A stretch of DNA of 64,000 nt, taken from positions 160,001-224,000 of the forward strand of contig JBALDB010000028.1 in assembly GCA_036918135.1 (NCBI GenBank). Direction: 5' to 3'. Below, one piece after another: positions 40,476 through 49,655 of this stretch. Numbering within the stretch: the stretch's first letter is position 1; each line of letters starts with the position of its first letter. Position numbers and translations under genes: made by a program. The DNA comes from Nostoc sp. (GTDB lineage: Bacteria > Cyanobacteriota > Cyanobacteriia > Cyanobacteriales > Nostocaceae). The notes under the pieces were generated by a model. That model had not been told where the DNA came from, did no database searches, and worked only from the letters and a program-made list of their open reading frames with translations.

Positions 40476-41552
40476 TTAAGTCCAATATAAAATATTCGCA
40501 TTTGGGAAGCGATTTAGAATTTCAGCTTCAAAAAAGCGTTTCATTGTCTTGGTTATATCAGCATCATAAACATACTTAATGCCGCCAAACTTATTGCGCT
40601 TCATACGGCGTTTTTCCTCATCCATATCTAGTTTGGATTGCGGATACCAAGTCTGTAAAACTTCTTTTGAGCCAGGTGTAAAACGATGTGAAATTAGCTC
40701 AAAAGTCAAGTCACAATTGAAATCAAGTGCTTCGCTAATTGAGTCAAACAATCGACTGTAGTGTAGCTGCCAATCATCTATAGGCATAATCGGTGCAATC
40801 ACTAATCCTATAGGATAGTTGCCACCACCTTTGTCTGATGGTAAAGCTAACTTACGCAACGCCTTCAGCCGCGCTGCTACAGATGCTGTACCGCCTTCAA
40901 ACCTTCCCGAAACAGGTGCAGCATTGACGCTCATCCGGCATTGAGTGTGACCATTGTGAGGTAAATCGAGTAAGCTATCTACCGCATCAAACTTTGACAC
41001 CCAGCGTAAATTTGCATTTTTCCGAGTACCAAAAAAACGGATACACTCAGCAAGGCTACCCGTTAAATGCTCAATACTTATTGGGTCAGTGTAGCAACTA
41101 ACCTCATAAGTTGTTATTTGTTCTGGTCGTTCGTAGGCAGTTAAGTTTTCTAAAATTTGCGGTAAGTTAGCAAAAGTGCGAATAACTGGCGGGCCTGATA
41201 AACTACCAGCCAAATAACAGTATTGGCAGTGTCCCGGACAACCCTCAGCAATGTGAAATTGCCAGTCAGCCGAAGGTGGGATCGGACTAAGCTTAAAGTG
41301 GCTAGGTGGTGCAGTGACAACTGCCAGAGTACGCTTAGCAAGATTGTAAGTCTCGCGTTCATTTTCACCACGCAAGCCAGTCAGACGGTTACGCGGTAAC
41401 TCTTTTATTGGTAAGTTAAGTGACTGCACGCGCTCAAAAATCTTTTGTCCCCAAGGCTCATCCAAAGCAGCAGGAGTAAACATGACCTCTTGAGGCATCC
41501 ACAACCTTGTTGGTTGTGTTAGTAGGTCTGTTTTTGAAATGAGGTCTTTCAT
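40476..41552 (-). CDS. Spore photoproduct lyase family radical SAM protein
   Basis: LAKRTLAV, IPPSADWQ, GCPGHCQYCYL (CxxxCxxC), EVSCYTDP, HRFT..SK, KFG..KYVY. Confidence 0.88.
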   Translation of the reverse strand: MKDLISKTDLLTQPTRLWMPQEVMFTPAALDEPWGQKIFERVQSLNLPIKELPRNRLTGLRGENERETYNLAKRTLAVVTAPPSHFKLSPIPPSADWQFHIAEGCPGHCQYCYLAGSLSGPPVIRTFANLPQILENLTAYERPEQITTYEVSCYTDPISIEHLTGSLAECIRFFGTRKNANLRWVSKFDAVDSLLDLPHNGHTQCRMSVNAAPVSGRFEGGTASVAARLKALRKLALPSDKGGGNYPIGLVIAPIMPIDDWQLHYSRLFDSISEALDFNCDLTFELISHRFTPGSKEVLQTWYPQSKLDMDEEKRRMKRNKFGGIKYVYDADITKTMKRFFEAEILNRFPNANILYWT

Positions 41553-41985
41553 ATTATTGAGCAAAATAGCTGTGCGTTATCTTTATGACTGATATCTGCA
41601 ATTAGTTCTCTACTAATTTATACAACGATTTTTTGATATATTAGGACTGTCATAACTCTATTTTAAAATCACAATTAAGAATTTCTAGCTATCGATGAGC
41701 GGATGTTACTCAAAAAAGAGTAGTAGTTTCCCTCACCTTCTATCTGTTCCAATATTAAAATTATCTATCTAAGCAACAACTATTTAATACTTAAGATAGA
41801 AGCTAAAAATTTAGTATGGTTAACCTTAGTACTAAAGACAGATTTTTTATTTTTTAACCACTACTTAACCTAAAAATAAAAGAAGTTTACTATCTTTAGG
41901 TTTATTTTTAATTTATATAAAAAATAGCAAGTATTTTAAGTACATTAAGTACTAATTTGTAACCAATTGTCAAAAAAATGAATAA

Positions 41986-42108
41986 AACTTTTGTTTAGCC
42001 GAAAAAGGACATCGTGGCTACTTAGTAGAATATGAAAAAACAGAGGCAATCTTTAACAATCCTCAAGAGCAAGCAACTAAAAATTATCTAAGTGGTCAGT
42101 TTGGATAA
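41986..42108 (+). pseudogene. pstB: 3' remnant of a phosphate ABC ATPase (pstB)
   Basis: ...[33 protein letters not shown] matches the PstB C-terminus; in-frame stop upstream and no start codon. Confidence 0.7.
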
Positions 42109-42155
42109 TTTAGCAATAAGTAATTGTTACCTATTTTCACAAAAAATATAAACCG

Positions 42156-44756
42156 ATGAATTATAACCACTCAAAGCACAATGGCAATCGCACTCCGCAT
42201 TTCAAAAAATGTCATCGGCGGACAGAACAAGTTGAAATCCAGGTGCAAGATGACCGCACGGGCATGGATGCAGTAACACTCAAACGCGCTCTTTTAGATA
42301 ATCTCTACTACATTCAGGCGAAGGATCGAAACTGGGCGAATGCACATGATTATTACATGGCGTTGGCATATACTGTACGCGATCGCCTGCTTCACCGTTG
42401 GCTGAAAACTGTAGAACAAACGTATTTCCATAAAGATGTCAAAATCCTCTGTTACCTATCTGCGGAGTACCTAATTGGGCCGCAGTTGGGGAAAAATTTG
42501 ATGAATGTCGGACTCTATGAAGAAGCTCGTAACATTCTGCAAGAATTAGGCTTTAATCTTTATGATGTGTTGGAACAAGAAGATGAGCCAGCATTAGGCA
42601 ATGGTGGTTTAGGACGACTGGCGGCTTGCTTTTTCGATTCTCTTTCTAGTTTAGAAATGCCTGCAATTGGTTACGGTATTCGCTACGAATTCGGGATTTT
42701 TCAACAAGTAATTCAAGACGGCTGGCAGGTAGAACGCCCAGATCGCTGGCTGCGATTTGGTAATCCTTGGGAAATTCCCCGTCTCGATTATATTGTAGAA
42801 GTCAAATTCGGCGGACACACTGAGGCTTACACTGACGAACACGGACGCTATCAAGTACGCTGGATACCAGAGCGAACCGTGTTAGGCACACCCTACGATA
42901 CGCCAATTTCTGGTTATAACAGCAATACAGTGAATACGCTACGCTTGTGGAGTGCGAAAGCCAGCGAAGATTTCAACTTGCAGATTTTTAACAGTGGGGA
43001 TTTTACCGACGCTGTAGCAGAAAAAGTTTTTTCTGAAAATATTACCAAAGTCCTTTATCCGAATGACCAAAACTATCAAGGTAAAGAACTGCGTTTAGAG
43101 CAGCAATACTTTTTTGTTTCTTGCTCGCTGCAAGATATGATTCGCAATTATCTACAAACACATGAGAATTTTGATCAATTCTCTGCAAAATTTGCAATTC
43201 AAATCAACGACACTCACCCAGCTATTGGCATTGCAGAAATGATGCGGTTGTTAGTGGATGTTCATCAATTAGATTGGGACAAAGCTTGGAATATTACTGA
43301 GAATAGTTTTGGATTTACTAATCACACTCTGCTATCAGAAGCATTGGAACGTTGGAGCATTGATTTATTTGGTCATTTGTTACCCAGACATTTAGAAATT
43401 ATTTTTGAAATTAACAGTAGATTCTTAACACAGGTTCGCCTCAAGTATGCTGGAGATAATGAGAAAATAGCTAAACTTTCACTGATTGAGGAAGGTTCAG
43501 AGAAGAAAGTCCGGATGGCACATCTCGCTTGTGTAGGTAGTCATGCCATTAATGGTGTTGCCGAACTACATACGGAACTGCTAAAAAACAACTTGTTTCC
43601 AGATTTTTATGAATTGTTTCCGCAAAAGTTTAGTAATAAAACTAATGGTGTTACTCCTCGACGTTGGATATTACTTGCTAATCCAAAATTAGCACTGTTA
43701 ATTACTAACAAGATTGGCAAAGACTGGATTAAGAATTTAGATGAACTCAAGCAATTAGAAGCTTTGATAGACAATACAGATTTTCGACAATCTTGGTGGC
43801 AGATAAAACATGAAAACAAACAAGATTTAGCAGAATATATTTTGCAAACAACTGACATTGAAATAAATACCAACTCTTTGTTTGATATTCAAGTCAAACG
43901 CTTCCATGAGTATAAACGTCAGCATTTAAATATACTGTACATTATTACTCTCTATAATCGGATCAAGAAAAATCCCAACCTCAATATAGTACCGCGAACT
44001 GTAATTTTTGGTGGCAAGTCAGCACCAGGTTATGCAATGGCGAAGTTAATCATCAAACTAATTAATTCTGTTGCTCATGTGATTAATAATGATGCTGATG
44101 TAGGTGACAAGCTGAAAGTAGTCTTTTTACCCAACTACAATGTTTCCTTAGCACAGCGAATTTATCCTGCTGCTGACCTTTCCGAGCAAATTTCTACTGC
44201 TGGAAAGGAAGCTTCTGGCACTAGTAACATGAAGTTTGCGATTAACGGAGCGCTGACAATTGGTACACAAGACGGAGCCAATATTGAAATTCGCGATCGC
44301 GTCGGTGCAGAAAACTTTTTTCAGTTTGGATTAACTGCTCCTGAAGTTGCTCAACTGAAAGCACAAGGATACAACCCGTGGAATTATTACAACAATAATC
44401 CTGAACTCAAACAAGCAATTGACCAAATTGCTGATGGCTATTTCTCTGAGGGAAATACAGATTTATTTCAGCCATTAATAGATACGTTGAGAAATCGGGA
44501 TGAGTATATGTTATTTGCAGATTACCAATCTTATATCGAGTGTCAACAAAAAGTTAGTCAAGCTTATCAAGAGCAGGAAAATTGGATAAGAATGTCAATT
44601 TTTAATGCTGCTCGCACGGGTTATTTTTCCTCAGACCGTACCATTCGTGAATATGCCCAAGATATCTGGCATCTTCAGCCAGTGACGATTAATTTAAATG
44701 ATAGTCAAGAACAAAAGGCAGGCGTGAAAGTAAAAGAAGCATCATTATCAATTTAG
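42156..44756 (+). CDS. glgP: Glycogen/starch phosphorylase
   Basis: LGNGGLGRLAAC, INDTHP, KTNGVTPRRW, KRFHEYKRQ, EASGTSNMK (PLP lysine), FSSDRTI. Confidence 0.97.
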   Translation: MNYNHSKHNGNRTPHFKKCHRRTEQVEIQVQDDRTGMDAVTLKRALLDNLYYIQAKDRNWANAHDYYMALAYTVRDRLLHRWLKTVEQTYFHKDVKILCYLSAEYLIGPQLGKNLMNVGLYEEARNILQELGFNLYDVLEQEDEPALGNGGLGRLAACFFDSLSSLEMPAIGYGIRYEFGIFQQVIQDGWQVERPDRWLRFGNPWEIPRLDYIVEVKFGGHTEAYTDEHGRYQVRWIPERTVLGTPYDTPISGYNSNTVNTLRLWSAKASEDFNLQIFNSGDFTDAVAEKVFSENITKVLYPNDQNYQGKELRLEQQYFFVSCSLQDMIRNYLQTHENFDQFSAKFAIQINDTHPAIGIAEMMRLLVDVHQLDWDKAWNITENSFGFTNHTLLSEALERWSIDLFGHLLPRHLEIIFEINSRFLTQVRLKYAGDNEKIAKLSLIEEGSEKKVRMAHLACVGSHAINGVAELHTELLKNNLFPDFYELFPQKFSNKTNGVTPRRWILLANPKLALLITNKIGKDWIKNLDELKQLEALIDNTDFRQSWWQIKHENKQDLAEYILQTTDIEINTNSLFDIQVKRFHEYKRQHLNILYIITLYNRIKKNPNLNIVPRTVIFGGKSAPGYAMAKLIIKLINSVAHVINNDADVGDKLKVVFLPNYNVSLAQRIYPAADLSEQISTAGKEASGTSNMKFAINGALTIGTQDGANIEIRDRVGAENFFQFGLTAPEVAQLKAQGYNPWNYYNNNPELKQAIDQIADGYFSEGNTDLFQPLIDTLRNRDEYMLFADYQSYIECQQKVSQAYQEQENWIRMSIFNAARTGYFSSDRTIREYAQDIWHLQPVTINLNDSQEQKAGVKVKEASLSI

Positions 44757-44845
44757 AAATAATTAGTAAGCTGTTCCACATTTAAGAAAGCATATATTTT
44801 CGTGTTGGCTGTTGACCATTGATGGTTAACTGTTATAAGTCTAGG

Positions 44846-45121
44846 TCAACGAACCTCACAAGTGATTAGATTCTTGGAATCCCCCGCTGTAACAGTACTC
44901 TGTTCAGCGGTGGGAGGATTTGAGATAGTGCGGGTTTGAAATTCGATGTGTAAAATTCGATTGGCTGTTTGCACAAATGTCACAGAATCTGCACGAATTG
45001 GTTCTAAACTCAATTCGGTCTTCAGTACCTTAACTTTTGTTGGTGCTTCAGCTAGTAACCAACTAACAAATTCTTTTGGGTATTTTTCAGCTAAAACCTT
45101 ACAAACGTTGTCAAAACTCAC
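44846..45121 (-). pseudogene. Truncated Rpn-family (PD-(D/E)xK) nuclease/putative transposase
   Basis: FDNVCKVLAEKYP..ELSLEPIRADS..ILHIEFQT followed by unrelated sequence and an early stop. Confidence 0.75.
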
Positions 45122-45162
45122 AATTTACTTCCCATTTCATAGTTGTGATACTCACACCACAA

Positions 45163-45472
45163 TTTGATACTCGCCGACGAGTCTTTAATACTCGCGAACG
45201 AGTCTTTGATACTCGCCGACGAGTCTTTAATACTCGCGAACGAGTCTTTGATACTCGCCGACAAGTCTTTAATACTCGCCGACGAGTCTTTGATACTCGC
45301 CGACAAGTCTTTAATACTCGCCGACGAGTCTTTGATACTCGCGAACGAGTCTTTGATACTCGCTGACAAGTATTTAATACTCCTGAATGAATCTTTAATA
45401 TTCGCCGACGAGTCTTTGATACTCGCGAACCAGTCTTTGATACTCGCCGACAAGTATTTAATACTCATGAAT
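45163..45472. repeat. 14+ copies of a 21-bp tandem repeat
   Basis: Unit TTTRATACTCGCSRACRAGTC, head-to-tail without spacers. Confidence 0.97.
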
Positions 45473-45521
45473 ACAATTCAGCTTTCTATCTGCCCCATGC
45501 CCAATGCCCCATGCCCCATTC

Positions 45522-46439
45522 CTACTTAGATAAACGCGTCATTTCAAACAATTGCTGGGCATTATTTCCTAAAAAAGCATCAAAAAGTACCTGCCTTCCA
45601 GGTTCTACTTCCACTAGATAGCGCTGGGCAATTTCATAATAGGCGTAAGTCCAAGGAATCTGAATTTCTAGACCACTGTTATCATCTAACACCGTCACCA
45701 TTTCGGTTACAGCTTGAGTCGCCGTTTGTCGCAAACCACACGCAACATTTCCTTCTATTTCTGCTTTCATTGGTACGCCCAAGCTAGCCAAACCATTAGC
45801 GGTAGTGTCTATATTTGGATATTTTGCAGTGTTCTGGGCGTTAATGTAGCCTGTGAAGTGGTTGACAGCATATCCGTGCAGCAATACCCAAGCCCCATAC
45901 TGAGTAACCTGATTCACTTGTTCGACAACAGAACGCCGGGGAGGTAGCCAAGGACGCGTAAATATTTGTTGGAGTTGTTTAGCGATGATTTCAATATCCT
46001 CTTCTTTTTCTAAAAGAGAATTAACAGGTGAGGTAAGTTGATATTGAATTGAAGATACTGTTTTCGAGATTACTTGAGCAATATTGCTAGGTAATTCATC
46101 AACAATCAACTCGCTGATAAACAGCTTAGGTAAGTTAAATTTCTCTTGCTGCGGATGATAATAATGACGGGCATACAAATGAGTTTGAGCAAAAGTATAC
46201 TCGCCAGCCGCAACATAACCTAAAGCTTCTACAATTTTTCCCAGGTAGTTAATGCCCAGGTTAACTTCACCGTGTGGGCTATCTACGAATAGACGCAAAG
46301 ACCGAAAAGCAATGTGGTCATTAGCGACATTCCCACCCGCAGCAGTAATCATCTGCTGGTAGGTAAGGGCATGATTTACTCTGGCGCTGTATTCTTGCCA
46401 GAGTAATTTCCACAGATGAAGGGCTATTTCAGGTTTCAT
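45522..46439 (-). CDS. DUF1338 family (HglS-like 2-oxoadipate dioxygenase/decarboxylase)
   Basis: NDHIAFRS, PKLFISEL, QYGAWVLLHGYAVNHFT, LRQTAT, YYEIAQR; alternative GTG start at 46469. Confidence 0.8.
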   Translation of the reverse strand: MKPEIALHLWKLLWQEYSARVNHALTYQQMITAAGGNVANDHIAFRSLRLFVDSPHGEVNLGINYLGKIVEALGYVAAGEYTFAQTHLYARHYYHPQQEKFNLPKLFISELIVDELPSNIAQVISKTVSSIQYQLTSPVNSLLEKEEDIEIIAKQLQQIFTRPWLPPRRSVVEQVNQVTQYGAWVLLHGYAVNHFTGYINAQNTAKYPNIDTTANGLASLGVPMKAEIEGNVACGLRQTATQAVTEMVTVLDDNSGLEIQIPWTYAYYEIAQRYLVEVEPGRQVLFDAFLGNNAQQLFEMTRLSK

Positions 46440-46498
46440 AATGTTGATGTGAATGAATGATTTTTTCACGCACAGGCGCAGAGAGTTTTTGTGTGGGG

Positions 46499-47812
46499 TT
46501 AGAGAATATTCGAGAGAATTTCGAGGGCGGTTTGAATTTGGTCACTGTCGATAATTAGAGGCGGACAAAAACGAATTGCGGCTTTGCCACAACCTAGTAA
46601 TAATAAACCTCGTAAGAAGGATTCTTGGATAATGCGATCGCGCAATTTATAATCCAGATTACCTGTTTCATCTAATAAGTCCACCGCAACCATTAAACCT
46701 TTTCCTCGTGGCGGCGATACTCTGGAAAATTTTTGATGCAGCTGGGTAAGTCCAGTTTGTAATAATTCTCCCATTTGGCTAGCATTGGTCATTAAACCGC
46801 TTTCTAGCAGTTCTAAGGTGGCAATACCAGCTGCACACGCTACGGGATTACCGCCGAATGTGGTAGCGTGTGAACCAGGAGGCCAAGTCATTAACTCTGG
46901 TCTAGCAAGTATCGCTCCTAAAGGCAGACCGCTAGCGATACCTTTGGCGGTAGTAATAATATCAGGCATCACTCCCCAATGTTCGATCGCAAATAGGCGA
47001 CCTGTCCGCCCCATGCCAGCTTGGACTTCATCTACTACCATCAAGATACCGTGGCGATCGCAAATTTCCCGAATCCGTTGTAAAAAACCATCCTCTGGGA
47101 CGATATACCCGCCTTCTCCTTGAATCGGTTCCACTACAATCGCCGCTATTTCTTGCGGTGGTAAAGTTGTGGTAAATAGCTGTTTTTCTAAGTAATCTAA
47201 GCTAGCGTGAGTGCCATAAGGAATATGAGTTATCCCTGGAACTAAAGGGCCAAAACTGGCTCGCTGCACTGCTTTTGAACCAGTCAGAGACATTGCCCCG
47301 TATGTACGTCCGTGGAATGCGCCTAAGAAGGCAACGATTAGCGATCGCTTGGTGTAATATCGAGCTAGTTTAATCGCTCCTTCGTTGGACTCTGCCCCAG
47401 AATTGGTAAAAAATACTTTGGCGGGAAAACCAGTGTTATTCTCTGGTTGGGGAAAGGGAGCGCGAGTTGCCAATTTTTCTGCTAATTCTACCATCGGTTC
47501 ATAATAAAAATCCGTCCCCGACATGTGCAGCAAACGCGCCGACTGTTCTTGAATGGCCTTGACAACTTGTGGGTGGGCGTGTCCGGTGGCGGTGACGGCG
47601 ATACCTGCGGTCATATCCAGAAATACATTGCCATCAACATCTTCCACCATACAGCCTTCGCCGCGAGCCACAACTAAAGGATAATCGCGGGTATAAGAAG
47701 GAGAATTGACGGCGCGATCGCGTTCTATAATTGCTTGAGCGCGAGTCCCAGGTAACGAAGTGATTAGACGCGGTGTCCGAGGTAAATTTAAGTTAACAGG
47801 AATACTTAACAT
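46499..47812 (-). CDS. Class III PLP aminotransferase (acetylornithine/GABA/lysine type)
   Basis: NSGAESNE, AFHGRT, VEPIQGEGG, DEVQAGMGRTG, TAKG, HATTFGGN. Confidence 0.93.
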   Translation of the reverse strand: MLSIPVNLNLPRTPRLITSLPGTRAQAIIERDRAVNSPSYTRDYPLVVARGEGCMVEDVDGNVFLDMTAGIAVTATGHAHPQVVKAIQEQSARLLHMSGTDFYYEPMVELAEKLATRAPFPQPENNTGFPAKVFFTNSGAESNEGAIKLARYYTKRSLIVAFLGAFHGRTYGAMSLTGSKAVQRASFGPLVPGITHIPYGTHASLDYLEKQLFTTTLPPQEIAAIVVEPIQGEGGYIVPEDGFLQRIREICDRHGILMVVDEVQAGMGRTGRLFAIEHWGVMPDIITTAKGIASGLPLGAILARPELMTWPPGSHATTFGGNPVACAAGIATLELLESGLMTNASQMGELLQTGLTQLHQKFSRVSPPRGKGLMVAVDLLDETGNLDYKLRDRIIQESFLRGLLLLGCGKAAIRFCPPLIIDSDQIQTALEILSNIL

Positions 47813-47973
47813 AATTTTTTAGAATTACTAATGATTCAACTACAAAATCAAATTATTTACAGTAATTTGTAATTCGTAATCGTGACTTCACCCATCAAAG
47901 GGAAAGCTAAAAAACAAAGCAATTGAATTCCTCTGTCCTCAATTACGAATTACTAATAACTAATGACTAATGA

Positions 47974-49470
47974 CTAATTTCTATTATCTATTTGGGCGCG
48001 TTGCAAACTTCCTGAAAAGTCAACATAAACACTTTTCCATTCTGTAAATACATCTAAAGCAGTGCTGCCAGCTTCCCGATGTCCGTTGCCGGTTTGTTTG
48101 ACACCACCAAAGGGTAAATGTACTTCTGCCCCAATGGTAGGGCCATTAATATAAGTGATACCTGCTTCAATGTCGCGCATGGCAGTAAAAGCGCGGTTGA
48201 TATCGCGGGTATAAACTGAAGAGGAAAGACCGTAATTGGTATCATTGAGAATGGCGATCGCTTCTTCAAAAGAACTCACCTCAATCAATGCCACTACTGG
48301 GCCGAATATCTCTTCACGAGCAACGCGCATATCGGGAGTTACATCATCCAAAATAGTCGGTTGAAAGAAGTAACCATTTTTTAATTCGCCAATAGCTGCG
48401 ATTTCTCCACCAATTAAAACCTTTGCTCCTTCCTCACGGGCAATTTCTAAATACTTGCTTACCTGTTGGAGTTGCTTTTCGTTAATAATCGGCCCGATAT
48501 CTGTATCGGGGTCAATGCCAGCACCTAAGCGTAACTTACTAGCACGCTCAGAAAGCATAGCAGTAAATTTTTCTTTGATGTCCCGATGCAAAATCAGGCG
48601 ACTGGTAGCCGTACAGCGTTGACCGGTTGTGCCAAAAGCACCCCAGACTGCACCATCTAAAGCCAGTTCTAAATCGGCATCTTCCATCACCACCTGGGCG
48701 TTTTTGCCGCCCATTTCTAAACAGACACGCTTGTGAGTGCGTCCGCAAGTCGCGCCCACAAAAGCGCCGGTTTGGGAAGAACCAGTAAAGGACACCAAAT
48801 CAACACCGTTATGTTCGACTAAAGCTTTCCCCGCTTCTTCTCCTACACCATGCACCAAGTTAATTACTCCTGGCGGTAAACCTGCTTGTTGGAAAATTTC
48901 AATTAATTTAGTTGCACAGGCAGAAGTATCTTCAGCAGGTTTGAGGATAACTGTATTACCACAAACCAATGCTGGCATAGCTTTCCAGCAAGGAATTGCC
49001 ACCGGAAAATTCCACGGGGTAATCAAGGCGCAGACACCTATAGGCATTCGCACCGTCATGGCGAATTTATTTGGCATTTCCGAGGGTGTAGTTTGCCCAA
49101 AAAGTCGCCGTCCTTCGCCAGCGCTGTAAAAGGCGCAGTCAATACCTTCTTGCACGTCTCCCCTAGCTTCACTCTGGGGTTTACCCATTTCTCGACTGAT
49201 TAACTGGGCAAGTTCTTCTTTATGTTCGAGTAATATTTCCCCGACGCGAAAAATGTATTCTGCCCTTGCCGGAGCAGGGACTTGACGCCAACTGTGGTAA
49301 GCTTTGCGGGCAGCTGCTACCGCTATGTCTACATCCTTGGCTTGGGAACGGGGAAATGTAGCAACAAGTTCGGTTCTGTCAGCAGGGTTGCGGCTTTCGA
49401 GAGTTACTTCCCCTACAGCAGTCAACCATTGACCGTCTATGTAATTGCGGCAAGATAGCGGAGTTATCAT
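47974..49470 (-). CDS. Aldehyde dehydrogenase family protein
   Basis: ITPWNFP, FTGS, LEMGGKN, GQRCTA, EEIFGPV, LPFGG. Confidence 0.95.
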   Translation of the reverse strand: MITPLSCRNYIDGQWLTAVGEVTLESRNPADRTELVATFPRSQAKDVDIAVAAARKAYHSWRQVPAPARAEYIFRVGEILLEHKEELAQLISREMGKPQSEARGDVQEGIDCAFYSAGEGRRLFGQTTPSEMPNKFAMTVRMPIGVCALITPWNFPVAIPCWKAMPALVCGNTVILKPAEDTSACATKLIEIFQQAGLPPGVINLVHGVGEEAGKALVEHNGVDLVSFTGSSQTGAFVGATCGRTHKRVCLEMGGKNAQVVMEDADLELALDGAVWGAFGTTGQRCTATSRLILHRDIKEKFTAMLSERASKLRLGAGIDPDTDIGPIINEKQLQQVSKYLEIAREEGAKVLIGGEIAAIGELKNGYFFQPTILDDVTPDMRVAREEIFGPVVALIEVSSFEEAIAILNDTNYGLSSSVYTRDINRAFTAMRDIEAGITYINGPTIGAEVHLPFGGVKQTGNGHREAGSTALDVFTEWKSVYVDFSGSLQRAQIDNRN

Positions 49471-49655
49471 CACAAAAACCTCCGACCGATAATCCAGTGG
49501 AACTTGTGTACTAAGTTTGCTTACTTTCTAGGTTATCGTCAAGTCTGGAAAATCGTGGAGTTTAGACTAACCCATGAGAAAATCACTCAGCAGTACTGAG
49601 TTAATAAGCTATACATCTATAACTAGGTTTTGATGGTCTTGTTACCTATCAAGAT

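Noticed and set aside
45163..45472. CRISPR array
   Set aside because: Units are head-to-tail with no unique spacers, and there are no cas genes in the window
45076..45529. Plus-strand ORFs reading (FDTRRRV)n and (LILADES)n
   Set aside because: Open only because the 21-bp unit lacks stops in those frames; no start or RBS support
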